A stretch of 50,439 nucleotides of DNA, taken from assembly GCA_964372905.1 (NCBI GenBank), contig CAYJQY010000007.1:5229-55667 (forward strand), in the 5' to 3' direction. The stretch comes from an uncultured Candidatus Saccharibacteria bacterium (GTDB taxonomy: Bacteria; Patescibacteriota; Doudnabacteria; UBA920). The position numbers and the translations under genes are program-made. Below are positions 42,950-50,439 of this stretch, in pieces (the first letter of the stretch is position 1; every line of letters starts with the position of its first letter). A model generated the notes under the pieces. That model did no database searches and was not told the origin of the DNA. It was given only the letters and a program-made list of their open reading frames with translations.

Positions 42950-44257
42950 ATGGGTCAAATTATCTGGGAAATAATCATCATTCTGCTCCTAACCGTGCTC
43001 AACGGGTTTTTTGCCTGCAGCGAAATCGCTTTGATTTCAATCAGAAAAACCCGCATTACCAGCCTGGTCAAACAGGGCAACCGCCGGGCCGCGGTAATCA
43101 AACAACTCCAGCGCAACCCGGAAAGTCTGTTCGCGACCATACAAATCGGCATCTCGCTTATCACCATTCTCGCATCGGCTTTCGCGGGAAGCAGAATTGC
43201 CGGACATCTTAGCGAAGTTTTAAGCCGAACCGGCTTTTCTTTCATAGCTAACCACTCCTACTTAATCAGCTTTATTCTCATAGTAGCGCTCATATCTTAC
43301 CTTAATCTGATTATTGGAGAACTCGTGCCTAAATCTTTGGGGCTTCGCTACGCGGAAACCTTTGCCCTCATTGCCGCCTATCCCATCTGGTGGCTGTCCA
43401 AAATCAGCTCCGGGCTGATTAAATTTCTCACTCTTTCTTCCAATTTGATTCTCAAGCCCTTCAAAGATTCCACCAGCTTCACCGAATCCCGGCTCTCGGA
43501 AGAAGAAATCAGGACGCTCATTGCCGAAGGCCACGCCGCCGGCACCATTGCCGCCCACGAACGGAGCATGATAGAAAACATCTTTGAATTTTCCGATCTG
43601 GATGTGGGAAAAATCATGGTGCCGCGCGGGGAAATTGTGGGCTGCTACATTAACCAGCCCGCAGAGCAAATTGTGCAAACCGCGATTAATTCCGGCTACT
43701 CCCGCATTCCCATATACCAAGGCACGCCCAACACCGTCATCGGCATCTTATACACCAAAAGGCTCCTGCCTAAAATCGGCAAAGACATTGGAAAGATAAA
43801 CCTGCAGGACTTTCTGGTGGCGCCCTACTTCGTTCCCAACACCATGAAAATCAGCGAAGTCCTGCAAAGGCTGCAAAGAAAAAAAGTCCACATGGCTTTG
43901 GTCACGGATGAATACGGGGAAATAGAAGGGCTGGTTACTTTGGAAGACATTTTAGAAGAAATCGTGGGCGATATTGCCGATGAAACGGACGAAGCCAGCC
44001 AGGCCGTAATAAAACAGCCGGACGGCGAATTTTTGGTGGCCGGCGGCATCTCCATAGTGGATTTTAACCGGCAATTTGAAGCTGATTTGCCGGAAGACCA
44101 GGACTTTGCCACTCTATCCGGATTCATTCTGGACAAACTCGGCCGTTTCCCCAAAGAAGGCGATGCGGTGGAGAGCGGCGGCCTGGAATTTTTGGTCAAA
44201 GAAAAAACCCCGCGCACCGTGAAAACGCTGGCGGTGAAGAGGAAGGGCGGGCAGTAA
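42950..44257 (+). CDS. Hemolysin-family / CNNM-type protein (DUF21 + CBS pair + CorC_HlyC)
   Basis: N-terminal 4-TM DUF21 (LNGFFACSEIALIS), IMVPRGEIV CBS start, HMALVTDEYGEIEGLVTLEDILEEIVGDI, C-terminal FLVAGGISIVDFN. Confidence 0.85.
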   Translation: MGQIIWEIIIILLLTVLNGFFACSEIALISIRKTRITSLVKQGNRRAAVIKQLQRNPESLFATIQIGISLITILASAFAGSRIAGHLSEVLSRTGFSFIANHSYLISFILIVALISYLNLIIGELVPKSLGLRYAETFALIAAYPIWWLSKISSGLIKFLTLSSNLILKPFKDSTSFTESRLSEEEIRTLIAEGHAAGTIAAHERSMIENIFEFSDLDVGKIMVPRGEIVGCYINQPAEQIVQTAINSGYSRIPIYQGTPNTVIGILYTKRLLPKIGKDIGKINLQDFLVAPYFVPNTMKISEVLQRLQRKKVHMALVTDEYGEIEGLVTLEDILEEIVGDIADETDEASQAVIKQPDGEFLVAGGISIVDFNRQFEADLPEDQDFATLSGFILDKLGRFPKEGDAVESGGLEFLVKEKTPRTVKTLAVKRKGGQ

Positions 44258-44381
44258 CCCGGCGGTTTACAAAAGGATCCGTATTTGGCATGAATTCAGC
44301 GAATAGCCGAAAGCGTTTTTTTGCTAAAATAGACAAAAAATGCTATTCGCCTAATGAGCGGCTTTTTGTTATCATTTAAGC

Positions 44382-45659
44382 ATGAAAAAGAAGATATTCT
44401 TGTGGGCTTTATATGATTTTGCCAATTCCATAACCATAGGAGTGTTTGCTTTATATTTTTCGCAATGGCTGGTTATAGATAATCGCGTTGCCGATATTTG
44501 GTTCAATCTCATTTTTGTCGGCGCTACCATATTGCTGCTTTTGACCGCTCCGGTAACCGGTTTGATTGCCGATAAAAAAGGCGTCAAAAGGCCGTTTCTA
44601 ATTGTAACTACCCTGTTGCAATTTGTTTTCCTTTTTGTCGCGGCTATTTTAGCCGTGGCTTTCCCCGCGCACAGATTTATAATTTTGCTCGCGGCATTGG
44701 CCTACTTGCTGGGCAACTATTTTTACCAGTTTACTTTCACTTTTTATAACGCGATGCTTCCCGATATTGCGCCCCTAAAATTGCAGGGTCTGGTTTCGGG
44801 TATTGGCCAATTTGCTAATTTCACCGGTTATATCTTTGGGCTGGCCGTAACTCTGCCCTTGGTTACCGGCACTATATACTTGTTTGGAAATCATGGCCGC
44901 GCCCAAGTATTCCTGCCGTCGGTTATTTTATTCTTCGTATTCGTTATGCCCGCGCTGTTGTTTTTAAAAGAAAGCGCGCAAGCTCAAAGAGTCGTCATTA
45001 ACATAAAACGAGAATATAAAAATTATATTCATGCATTTTTGGAACTAATAAAGCTTCCAGGCGTGGGGAGATATTTACTGGCTTTTTTCTTTTTTAATGA
45101 CGCAATGTTGACGGTGGTCAACAATTTCCCTATTTTCTTGGAGCAGGTCTTTAAAGTCTCGGATAAGATCAAATCTTTCATTGCGGTTGCCATATTTGCC
45201 ACCGCCGCAGTGGGAGGGCTCGCCGGCGGGTGGGTGGGCGATAAGCTTGGGTTAAAAAAATCGCTTTTGCTGATACTTGGGGCGTGGATCGTGGTTTTTC
45301 CGATTTTGGGTTTGCTAAAAAACTTTGCCGTCTTTGTGGGATTTTGCATAATTATAGGAATTTTATACGGCGCGACCTGGGCGATTACCAGAGCCATTAT
45401 GGTCCATTTATCTCCTGCTGATCAGATGAATCACGCGTTTAGTTATTACAATTTATTTGAAAGATTTTCTACTTTTGTCGGGCCGATAACCTGGGGACTC
45501 ATCACCACGCTGCTGGTCAATTCCGGCGCGGTGCGCTATCGCATTGCCATGGGTTCCATGGCTGTATTTATCCTGGTGGGGCTGGTTATCGTCAAAAAAA
45601 TTCCGCTTAATAACAGAATCGGCGGCAGAATCGCCATTGACTTCCCCGCCAAAACTTAG
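44382..45659 (+). CDS. MFS transporter (UMF1/Atg22-like family)
   Basis: WALYDFANS N-terminal signature and about 12 TM helices. Confidence 0.7.
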   Translation: MKKKIFLWALYDFANSITIGVFALYFSQWLVIDNRVADIWFNLIFVGATILLLLTAPVTGLIADKKGVKRPFLIVTTLLQFVFLFVAAILAVAFPAHRFIILLAALAYLLGNYFYQFTFTFYNAMLPDIAPLKLQGLVSGIGQFANFTGYIFGLAVTLPLVTGTIYLFGNHGRAQVFLPSVILFFVFVMPALLFLKESAQAQRVVINIKREYKNYIHAFLELIKLPGVGRYLLAFFFFNDAMLTVVNNFPIFLEQVFKVSDKIKSFIAVAIFATAAVGGLAGGWVGDKLGLKKSLLLILGAWIVVFPILGLLKNFAVFVGFCIIIGILYGATWAITRAIMVHLSPADQMNHAFSYYNLFERFSTFVGPITWGLITTLLVNSGAVRYRIAMGSMAVFILVGLVIVKKIPLNNRIGGRIAIDFPAKT

Positions 45660-45715
45660 TATAATTCCCTTGGATTAGTAAATTTCACCTGGCACAGCAG
45701 GCATCAGCGGACGGC

Positions 45716-45744
45716 TCTTCACAAATCTGTGCAAGAGTTTTTTA
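45716..45744 (+). terminator. Rho-independent terminator after the MFS gene
   Basis: CTCTTCACA aatc TGTGCAAGAG (one bulge) followed by TTTTTT. Confidence 0.6.
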
Positions 45745-45759
45745 ATATCCGAAATCCAT

Positions 45760-45834
45760 GGTGCCCGTAGTTCAATGGCAGAACGCCGCTCTGTGGCAGC
45801 GGTCACGAGGGTCCGATTCCCTTCGGGCACCCCA
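45760..45834 (+). tRNA. tRNA-His (anticodon GTG) with encoded G-1 and CCA
   Basis: Hand-folded cloverleaf. G-1 at 45760. Acceptor GTGCCCG/CGGGCAC. D arm GTTC-AATGGCA-GAAC. Anticodon arm CCGCT-CTGTGGC-AGCGG. T arm GAGGG-TCCGATT-CCCTT. Discriminator C73 pairs with G-1, followed by 3' CCA. Confidence 0.85.
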
Positions 45835-45936
45835 AGAAAAATCACTAGCAAACGCGGCGCTGACACAAGGATAGAAAGGATAGAAAAGGAGTATAATTTA
45901 ATCGAGGATAAAACAGCATTAAAAGAAACAAAACAT

Positions 45937-46305
45937 ATGACAAACGATAAAAAAATTGAGTGGCTGCTGCGCGTAGGGGTGGCAGGAGAGTTTATCGGGC
46001 ATGGTCTGTTAGCCATAGGAGGGAAAAAGGACTGGGTAGGCTGGATAAGCCAAATGACCCAAGTGGGTAATGATACCGCCGCTACCCTATTGCTTTTAAT
46101 AGGCGTAGCTGATGTGATAATCGCAATTATTGTGTTGGTCAAACCCATTCGTCCAGTACTGCTTTGGGCAGCGTTGTGGGGCTTTTGGACTGCATTGGTT
46201 AGACCACTAGTGGGCCAGTCAGTGTTAGACTTCATTGAACGCTCGGCGAACTGGGCAGCTCCATTGGCATTATATTATTTCTATCAAACAAAAAGGGATA
46301 AATAA
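45937..46305 (+). CDS. Small integral membrane protein (about 4 TM), unknown function
   Basis: MTNDKKIEWLLRVGVAGEFIGHGLLAIGG... with hydrophobic helices. The track ORF (from 45775) starts inside the tRNA, so the ATG at 45937 is preferred. Confidence 0.5.
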   Translation: MTNDKKIEWLLRVGVAGEFIGHGLLAIGGKKDWVGWISQMTQVGNDTAATLLLLIGVADVIIAIIVLVKPIRPVLLWAALWGFWTALVRPLVGQSVLDFIERSANWAAPLALYYFYQTKRDK

Positions 46306-46458
46306 TCAAAGCTAGTCCACCCGGTGCGGCTTTCTGGTTCGAATTCCGCCTGTTACCCTGTAATTCCCTAAGTTTCTTTCTGTCATAACATAAGTATAAC
46401 ATACCCTTAGTTTGATTCCGTATTTGCTGCTATAATTATTCTGAAAGGAAATAAACTT

Positions 46459-46842
46459 ATGCTAAGCAACGCACCCATCTCCCCGACCCTGCCGGCCACC
46501 GACCTGGAGCGGGCGAAAAAGTTTTACCGCGAAAAAATAGGACTCAAGGAGTCCAAGACCCAGGAGCCCGGCGGCGTAACCTTTGACTGCGGCAAAGGCA
46601 CCCAGCTTTACATTTACCAGCGGGGGCCGGTGAAAGTTGAGCACACCCTGGCCGACTTCATGGTCGACGACCTGGAAGCGGAAATGACCGAGCTACGCGG
46701 CCGCGGCGTAGTGTTTGAACAGTACGATTTTCCCGAGCTGAAAACGGTCAACGGCATTGCCGACATGGGCGACGGTTTCAAGGCTTGCTGGTTCAAAGAC
46801 TCGGAAGGCAATATCTTGGGCATCGGGCAGATGGGTAAATAA
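46459..46842 (+). CDS. VOC (glyoxalase/bleomycin-resistance/dioxygenase) family protein
   Basis: 127 aa. PTLPATDLERAKKFYREKIGL start of a beta-alpha-beta-beta-beta module, and C-terminal WFKDSEGNILGI. Confidence 0.7.
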   Translation: MLSNAPISPTLPATDLERAKKFYREKIGLKESKTQEPGGVTFDCGKGTQLYIYQRGPVKVEHTLADFMVDDLEAEMTELRGRGVVFEQYDFPELKTVNGIADMGDGFKACWFKDSEGNILGIGQMGK

Positions 46843-46867
46843 ATATCGGGCCGATATTTAATCAAAT

Positions 46868-48667
46868 ATGGATGATGTCAGCCGCGCCAAACTTGAGGCG
46901 CTTGATAACGCGCGTGTCTTGGAAATAGTGGAGCGCTATGCCGGCCTCTGCCAACCCGACAGGGTCCGCGTAATAACCGACGCGCCCGAAGACTTGGAAT
47001 ATGTCCGCAAAAAATCGCTGGAACAAAAAGAAGAACTAACCCTGGCCACCGAAGGCCACACTGTCCATTTTGACGGACCGTTCGACCAGGGCCGCGATAA
47101 AGAAAAAACTAAAGTTTTGATAAAGCCCGCTCAAACTTTAAGCCCGCACATTAATACCGGCAAGCGCGAGGCCGGCCTGGCCGAAATTACCGAACTGCTC
47201 AAAGGGAGTATGCGCGGCCGCGAGATGTTTGTGTCTTTTGCCGTGCTCGGACCGCTTGATTCGGGTTTTTCCATTTATGTCTTTCAAATTACCGATTCGG
47301 CTTACGTGGTTCACGGCAGCTCGCTCCTTTATCGAGCCGGTTATGAGGCCTGGAAAAAGCTGGGGCAGAACGAAAACTTTTTCCACTTCATCCACGCAAG
47401 CGGCCGCCTGGAAAACGGCGTCAGCGCCGACACGGACAAAAAACGCATTTACATAGATGTGGCCGGCGGCCGTGTGTTTGCGGTAAACACGCAATATGCC
47501 GGCAATAGCGTGGGCCTGAAAAAACTGGCCTTCCGCCTGACCATAGACCAAGCCGTGCGCGAGGGCTGGCTTTCCGAGCACATGTTCATTATGGGCATCC
47601 ACCCCGAAGGAAAAAACCGCGTTACCTATTTTACCGGCGCCTTCCCCAGTTCTTCGGGCAAAACTTCCACGGCCATGGTGCCCGGACAGACCATTGTCGG
47701 AGACGATCTGGCGTTCATCAAGCCGGGCGCGAATGGCCGCGCTTTTGCCGCCAATGTGGAACAGGGCATCTTCGGAATTATTGAAGATGTCAATGCCATT
47801 GATGATCCGGTAATCTACCGCATGCTGACTACGCCGCGCGAAGTCATCTTTTCCAATATTCTAGTTCACGACAACAAACCCTACTGGCTCGGCATGGGCC
47901 AGGACTTACCTAAAGAGGGCGTGAATTTTTCCGGCATGTGGTTTGAAGGCAAAACTGACGATGAAGGCAAACCCATTCCGGCGGCGCACAAGAATGCGCG
48001 CTACATTGTGCGCCTAAAAGATTTAGAAAATTGCGACGAAAACCTGAACAACCCCGCCGGCGTGCCCATCTCCGGCATCATTTTCGGCGGTCGCGACCCC
48101 GACATCATGCCGCCGGTAGTGGAGGCCTTTGACTGGAATCACGGCGTATTCATGGGCGCTTCCATTGAGGGCGAAACCACGGCTGCCACTTTGGGCGCCA
48201 TCGGTCAAAAAAAGCACGATCCCATGGCCATTGTGGATTTTTTGAGCGTGCCGCTCGGGCAATATCTTGACAATTATTTTAAGTTCGGCGCGGCCTTAAA
48301 ACAGCCGCCCAAAATCTTCGCCGTCAATTATTTTTTGAAAGAAAACGGCGAGTATCTCAACCACAAAACCGACAAAAAAGTCTGGCTACTCTGGATGGAA
48401 GGCCGCGTGCACGGCGAATATGAAGCCATTAAAAGCCCCATTGGCTTTTTGCCGCGGTTTGAGCACATCGCCGCCCTATTTAAGCAGGTCTTTGGCCGCG
48501 AGTATCCGCGCGGACTTTACCAAAAAGAATTCACGCTACGCGCGGATAAGCTCCTGGCCCGGCTGGGCCGCACTAAAGCATATTACCAGGCTGAAAAAAA
48601 TATTCCCGAAGAATTGTTTCAGCAGATCGAGCGGCAACGCCAGCGCTTAACTGCAGACAAACCTTAA
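46868..48667 (+). CDS. pckG: Phosphoenolpyruvate carboxykinase (GTP)
   Basis: Kinase-1a-type P-loop FPSSSGKTSTAM (compare FPSACGKTN in GTP-PEPCKs), GDDLAFIK, NARYIV, IFGGRDPD, WMEGRV. 599 aa. Confidence 0.85.
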   Translation: MDDVSRAKLEALDNARVLEIVERYAGLCQPDRVRVITDAPEDLEYVRKKSLEQKEELTLATEGHTVHFDGPFDQGRDKEKTKVLIKPAQTLSPHINTGKREAGLAEITELLKGSMRGREMFVSFAVLGPLDSGFSIYVFQITDSAYVVHGSSLLYRAGYEAWKKLGQNENFFHFIHASGRLENGVSADTDKKRIYIDVAGGRVFAVNTQYAGNSVGLKKLAFRLTIDQAVREGWLSEHMFIMGIHPEGKNRVTYFTGAFPSSSGKTSTAMVPGQTIVGDDLAFIKPGANGRAFAANVEQGIFGIIEDVNAIDDPVIYRMLTTPREVIFSNILVHDNKPYWLGMGQDLPKEGVNFSGMWFEGKTDDEGKPIPAAHKNARYIVRLKDLENCDENLNNPAGVPISGIIFGGRDPDIMPPVVEAFDWNHGVFMGASIEGETTAATLGAIGQKKHDPMAIVDFLSVPLGQYLDNYFKFGAALKQPPKIFAVNYFLKENGEYLNHKTDKKVWLLWMEGRVHGEYEAIKSPIGFLPRFEHIAALFKQVFGREYPRGLYQKEFTLRADKLLARLGRTKAYYQAEKNIPEELFQQIERQRQRLTADKP

Positions 48668-48671
48668 ATAT

Positions 48672-49460
48672 ATGGCCAAGCGCATCTTTGTGGCCATAAA
48701 AATTTCTGAAGGGCTGGAGCAGATCATCAAAAAGTGGCAGGACTCCCAACAAAATTTTCAGGGCCGGTGGATCGCGCCGAAGAATTTGCACATTACGCTG
48801 GTGCCACCCTGGCATACTACTGAAATTGATTCGACCATTGAACAGTTGCGCGCGGTAGTTGACGCAAAGTCAAGCACGGCAAACGGCGCGGCGGTTGGCC
48901 CGATGCCAGGCGCGGTAGACGGCGCGGCATCCGATACGGCATTAAGCCCGGCGCCGTTTGAAATAAAGTTCAATGCAATCCGGGGCGGGCCCGATGCCCG
49001 CGCCCCGCGCCTCCTCTGGCTGGAAGGCCCTACCCCGCCCGCGCTCCTGGAACTGAAACACCGCATTGAACAAACTCTCAAGCGGCATGTTACAAACGGC
49101 GGCCGGCCGGAATTCCACATGCGCATGAACCAAAAAAATCAAATTGAAAAAACGCCGGGTTCAAAAATTATTAGCGGGCGACTCTCGCCCCAAAACCGCG
49201 GCGCGAACAATCAATTTCATCTCCACATAACTTTGGCTCGCTTTAAGCGCGGCGCGGCATTCTCCAACCGCGACCGCCCCAATGACATCCCATCCTCTAA
49301 CCACGATCGCCCCAACGGTATTCCCACAGCGATGCAGGAAACTGTGGACTGGCGCGAAAGCGTGAATTCATTCGCGCTCATGGAATCGCACTTGCTTGCC
49401 GACGGCGCGGACTACGAAATTTTGGAAACTTTTCCGCTAATCTCGTCCGCCAAACCTTAA
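48672..49460 (+). CDS. thpR: 2H-phosphoesterase (RNA 2',3'-cyclic phosphodiesterase ThpR/LigT-like) with three inserts
   Basis: Two HxT motifs in the right order: NLHITLVPPW and FHLHITLARF. The N-terminal RIFVAIKI strand is present. About 80 aa longer than typical family members. Confidence 0.65.
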   Translation: MAKRIFVAIKISEGLEQIIKKWQDSQQNFQGRWIAPKNLHITLVPPWHTTEIDSTIEQLRAVVDAKSSTANGAAVGPMPGAVDGAASDTALSPAPFEIKFNAIRGGPDARAPRLLWLEGPTPPALLELKHRIEQTLKRHVTNGGRPEFHMRMNQKNQIEKTPGSKIISGRLSPQNRGANNQFHLHITLARFKRGAAFSNRDRPNDIPSSNHDRPNGIPTAMQETVDWRESVNSFALMESHLLADGADYEILETFPLISSAKP

Positions 49461-49516
49461 ACACAAATTCTAACTGCTTCGCCGGCAACTGCTTCACGGT
49501 CTATTTAACAGGTATT

Positions 49517-49652
49517 TGCTCACTGATAGTTAAAACTCCAGGAGGGGTGGCCCGACTCGGGGGCCCGCCATTGGGCGCGCAAGGCAATGCCGAGCACCCA
49601 ATGGGGGTGAGTCGGGACAGGACCCCGACCGGAGCGCATACCGTAGTGAGCA
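49517..49652. ncRNA. 136-nt GC-rich multi-helix rod-like structured element of unknown class
   Basis: Nested perfect helices: TGCTCACT/AGTGAGCA (49517-49524 / 49645-49652), CCCGACTC/GAGTCGGG (49551-49558 / 49609-49616), CCATTGGG/CCCAATGG (49568-49575 / 49597-49604). Also CTCC/GGAG and GGGGT/ACCCC. Intergenic, 59 nt upstream of the HAD-IB ATG. Confidence 0.45.
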
Positions 49653-49710
49653 GTTACATTATTGGCAGTTGTGGATTGCCCCGCAATGCCGCATCATCTA
49701 TACTAAAAAC

Positions 49711-50439
49711 ATGAAGCGTTCAACCAAAAAGCCGGTAAAACTGGCCATTTTTGACATTGACGGCACCATTTTCCGATCCAGCCTGCTCATTGAGCTAATT
49801 GATCAGCTGGTGGCCCAAGGCACATTTCCGGCACGGGCTAAAAAAGAAATTGAAGCCGATTACCTGGCCTGGCTGGACCGGCACGGCAGTTACGAAACTT
49901 ATCTTTGGCAGGTCATTACGATTTTCGCTAAATACATTCCGGGTCGCCGCACGCGCGATTTTAATCGCGCCGTCACCCGAGTAATCGCCGAGCAGAAAGA
50001 CCGCGTCTACCGCTACGCCCGCGATCTGGTGCGCGACCTCAAGCGCCGCGGCTATTTTTTGGTAACGATTTCCGGATCGCCCGATCCGGTGGTGGCGCCG
50101 TTTGCCAAATCTCTGGGCTTCAATGTCTCGGTTGGCCGCATCCTGGAAACCAAACGCGGCAAATTTACCGGCAGGACACTCAATCATAAACTCGTTGATC
50201 TGCGCAAAGACCTCATGGCCAAACAAATCGTGGCCGGCCAAAACCTGCGCGCGGACTGGAAAAATTCCATGGCCGTAGGCGACACGGAAACCGATATTCC
50301 CCTGCTGAAACTGGTGGGCAAGCCCATTGCTTTCAATCCCAATTATTCTTTGGCCAAAGTGGCCGCGCGGCGCGGCTGGACCATAATCGTGGAACGCAAG
50401 GATGTAATTTTTGAGCTGAAAAATTTCAAGTTTAAGAAT
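49711..50439 (+). CDS. HAD-IB family hydrolase (SerB/phosphoserine-phosphatase-like); 3' end outside window
   Basis: Not in the ORF track because it is edge-truncated. My translation from the ATG at 49711 is stop-free to the window end: MKRSTKKPVKLAIFDIDGTIFRSS...LVTISGSPD...GKFTG...AVGDTETDIPLL (HAD motifs I-IV, subfamily IB cap). Confidence 0.75.
   Translation, partial: MKRSTKKPVKLAIFDIDGTIFRSSLLIELIDQLVAQGTFPARAKKEIEADYLAWLDRHGSYETYLWQVITIFAKYIPGRRTRDFNRAVTRVIAEQKDRVYRYARDLVRDLKRRGYFLVTISGSPDPVVAPFAKSLGFNVSVGRILETKRGKFTGRTLNHKLVDLRKDLMAKQIVAGQNLRADWKNSMAVGDTETDIPLLKLVGKPIAFNPNYSLAKVAARRGWTIIVERKDVIFELKNFKFKN

Noticed and set aside
46336-46347. GGTTCGAATTCC, a T-loop-like string that could indicate a second tRNA or a tRNA fragment/att site near tRNA-His.
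   Set aside because: The flanks cannot form a T stem or acceptor stem on either strand. There is no similarity to the 3' end of the adjacent tRNA-His and no integrase nearby.
49517-49652. SRP (4.5S) RNA, or a ZTP / purine / PRPP-type riboswitch, as the identity of the rod-like element. The same was considered for the purL leader at 30793-30861.
   Set aside because: No GGAA-tetraloop/AGCA domain IV motif. No ZTP (GGGUCGUGACUGGCG…CCGCCUGGGC) or purine-riboswitch consensus could be found by eye.

Overview
Gene-dense bacterial chromosomal window, mostly coding, with many 4-nt start/stop overlaps. I found no rRNA, CRISPR array, transposase or integrase. Taxonomy cannot be assigned from sequence alone. 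Nucleotide metabolism dominates. A plus-strand block prs-pyrE-(LOG-like)-pyrF-pyrD (9.1-13.4 kb) converges on a roughly 17-kb minus-strand purine super-cluster (13.4-30.8 kb): purL (PurS-like N-terminus)-purQ-[kinase-fold ORF]-purH-purF-purN-purD-HAD-HAD-purE-purM-purC, then a small island, then purB-purA. Flanking genes cover central carbon metabolism (ppsA, zwf, gnd, GTP-PEPCK), an OmpR-type regulator and a histidine kinase, an O-antigen-ligase-family membrane protein, typA, holA, three transporters/exporters, a tRNA-His, a VOC protein and a 2H phosphoesterase. Two edge-truncated genes are missing from the ORF track: a class I/II aminotransferase (1-1061, minus) and a HAD-IB hydrolase (49711-50439, plus). 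Main second-look items: (1) a 744-aa fusion of a terpene-cyclase-like toroid domain (DDADDT) with a squalene/phytoene-synthase-like domain, 17 nt downstream of the membrane-embedded histidine kinase; (2) recurrent GC-rich in-frame low-complexity inserts (Arg/Gly/Gln/Ala/Ser) in at least seven otherwise conserved genes; (3) a small island splitting the purine cluster, with an orphan MNT-type nucleotidyltransferase and a stand-alone receiver-like gene whose promoter spacer is a (CT)n microsatellite; (4) an AT-rich minimal kinase-fold gene inside the pur operon; (5) several long GC-rich rod-like hairpin elements plus a 750-nt non-coding region holding a consensus promoter, a micro-ORF, a terminator and a GC-rich structured island. 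All functional calls rest on motif recognition by eye. No database search was run.
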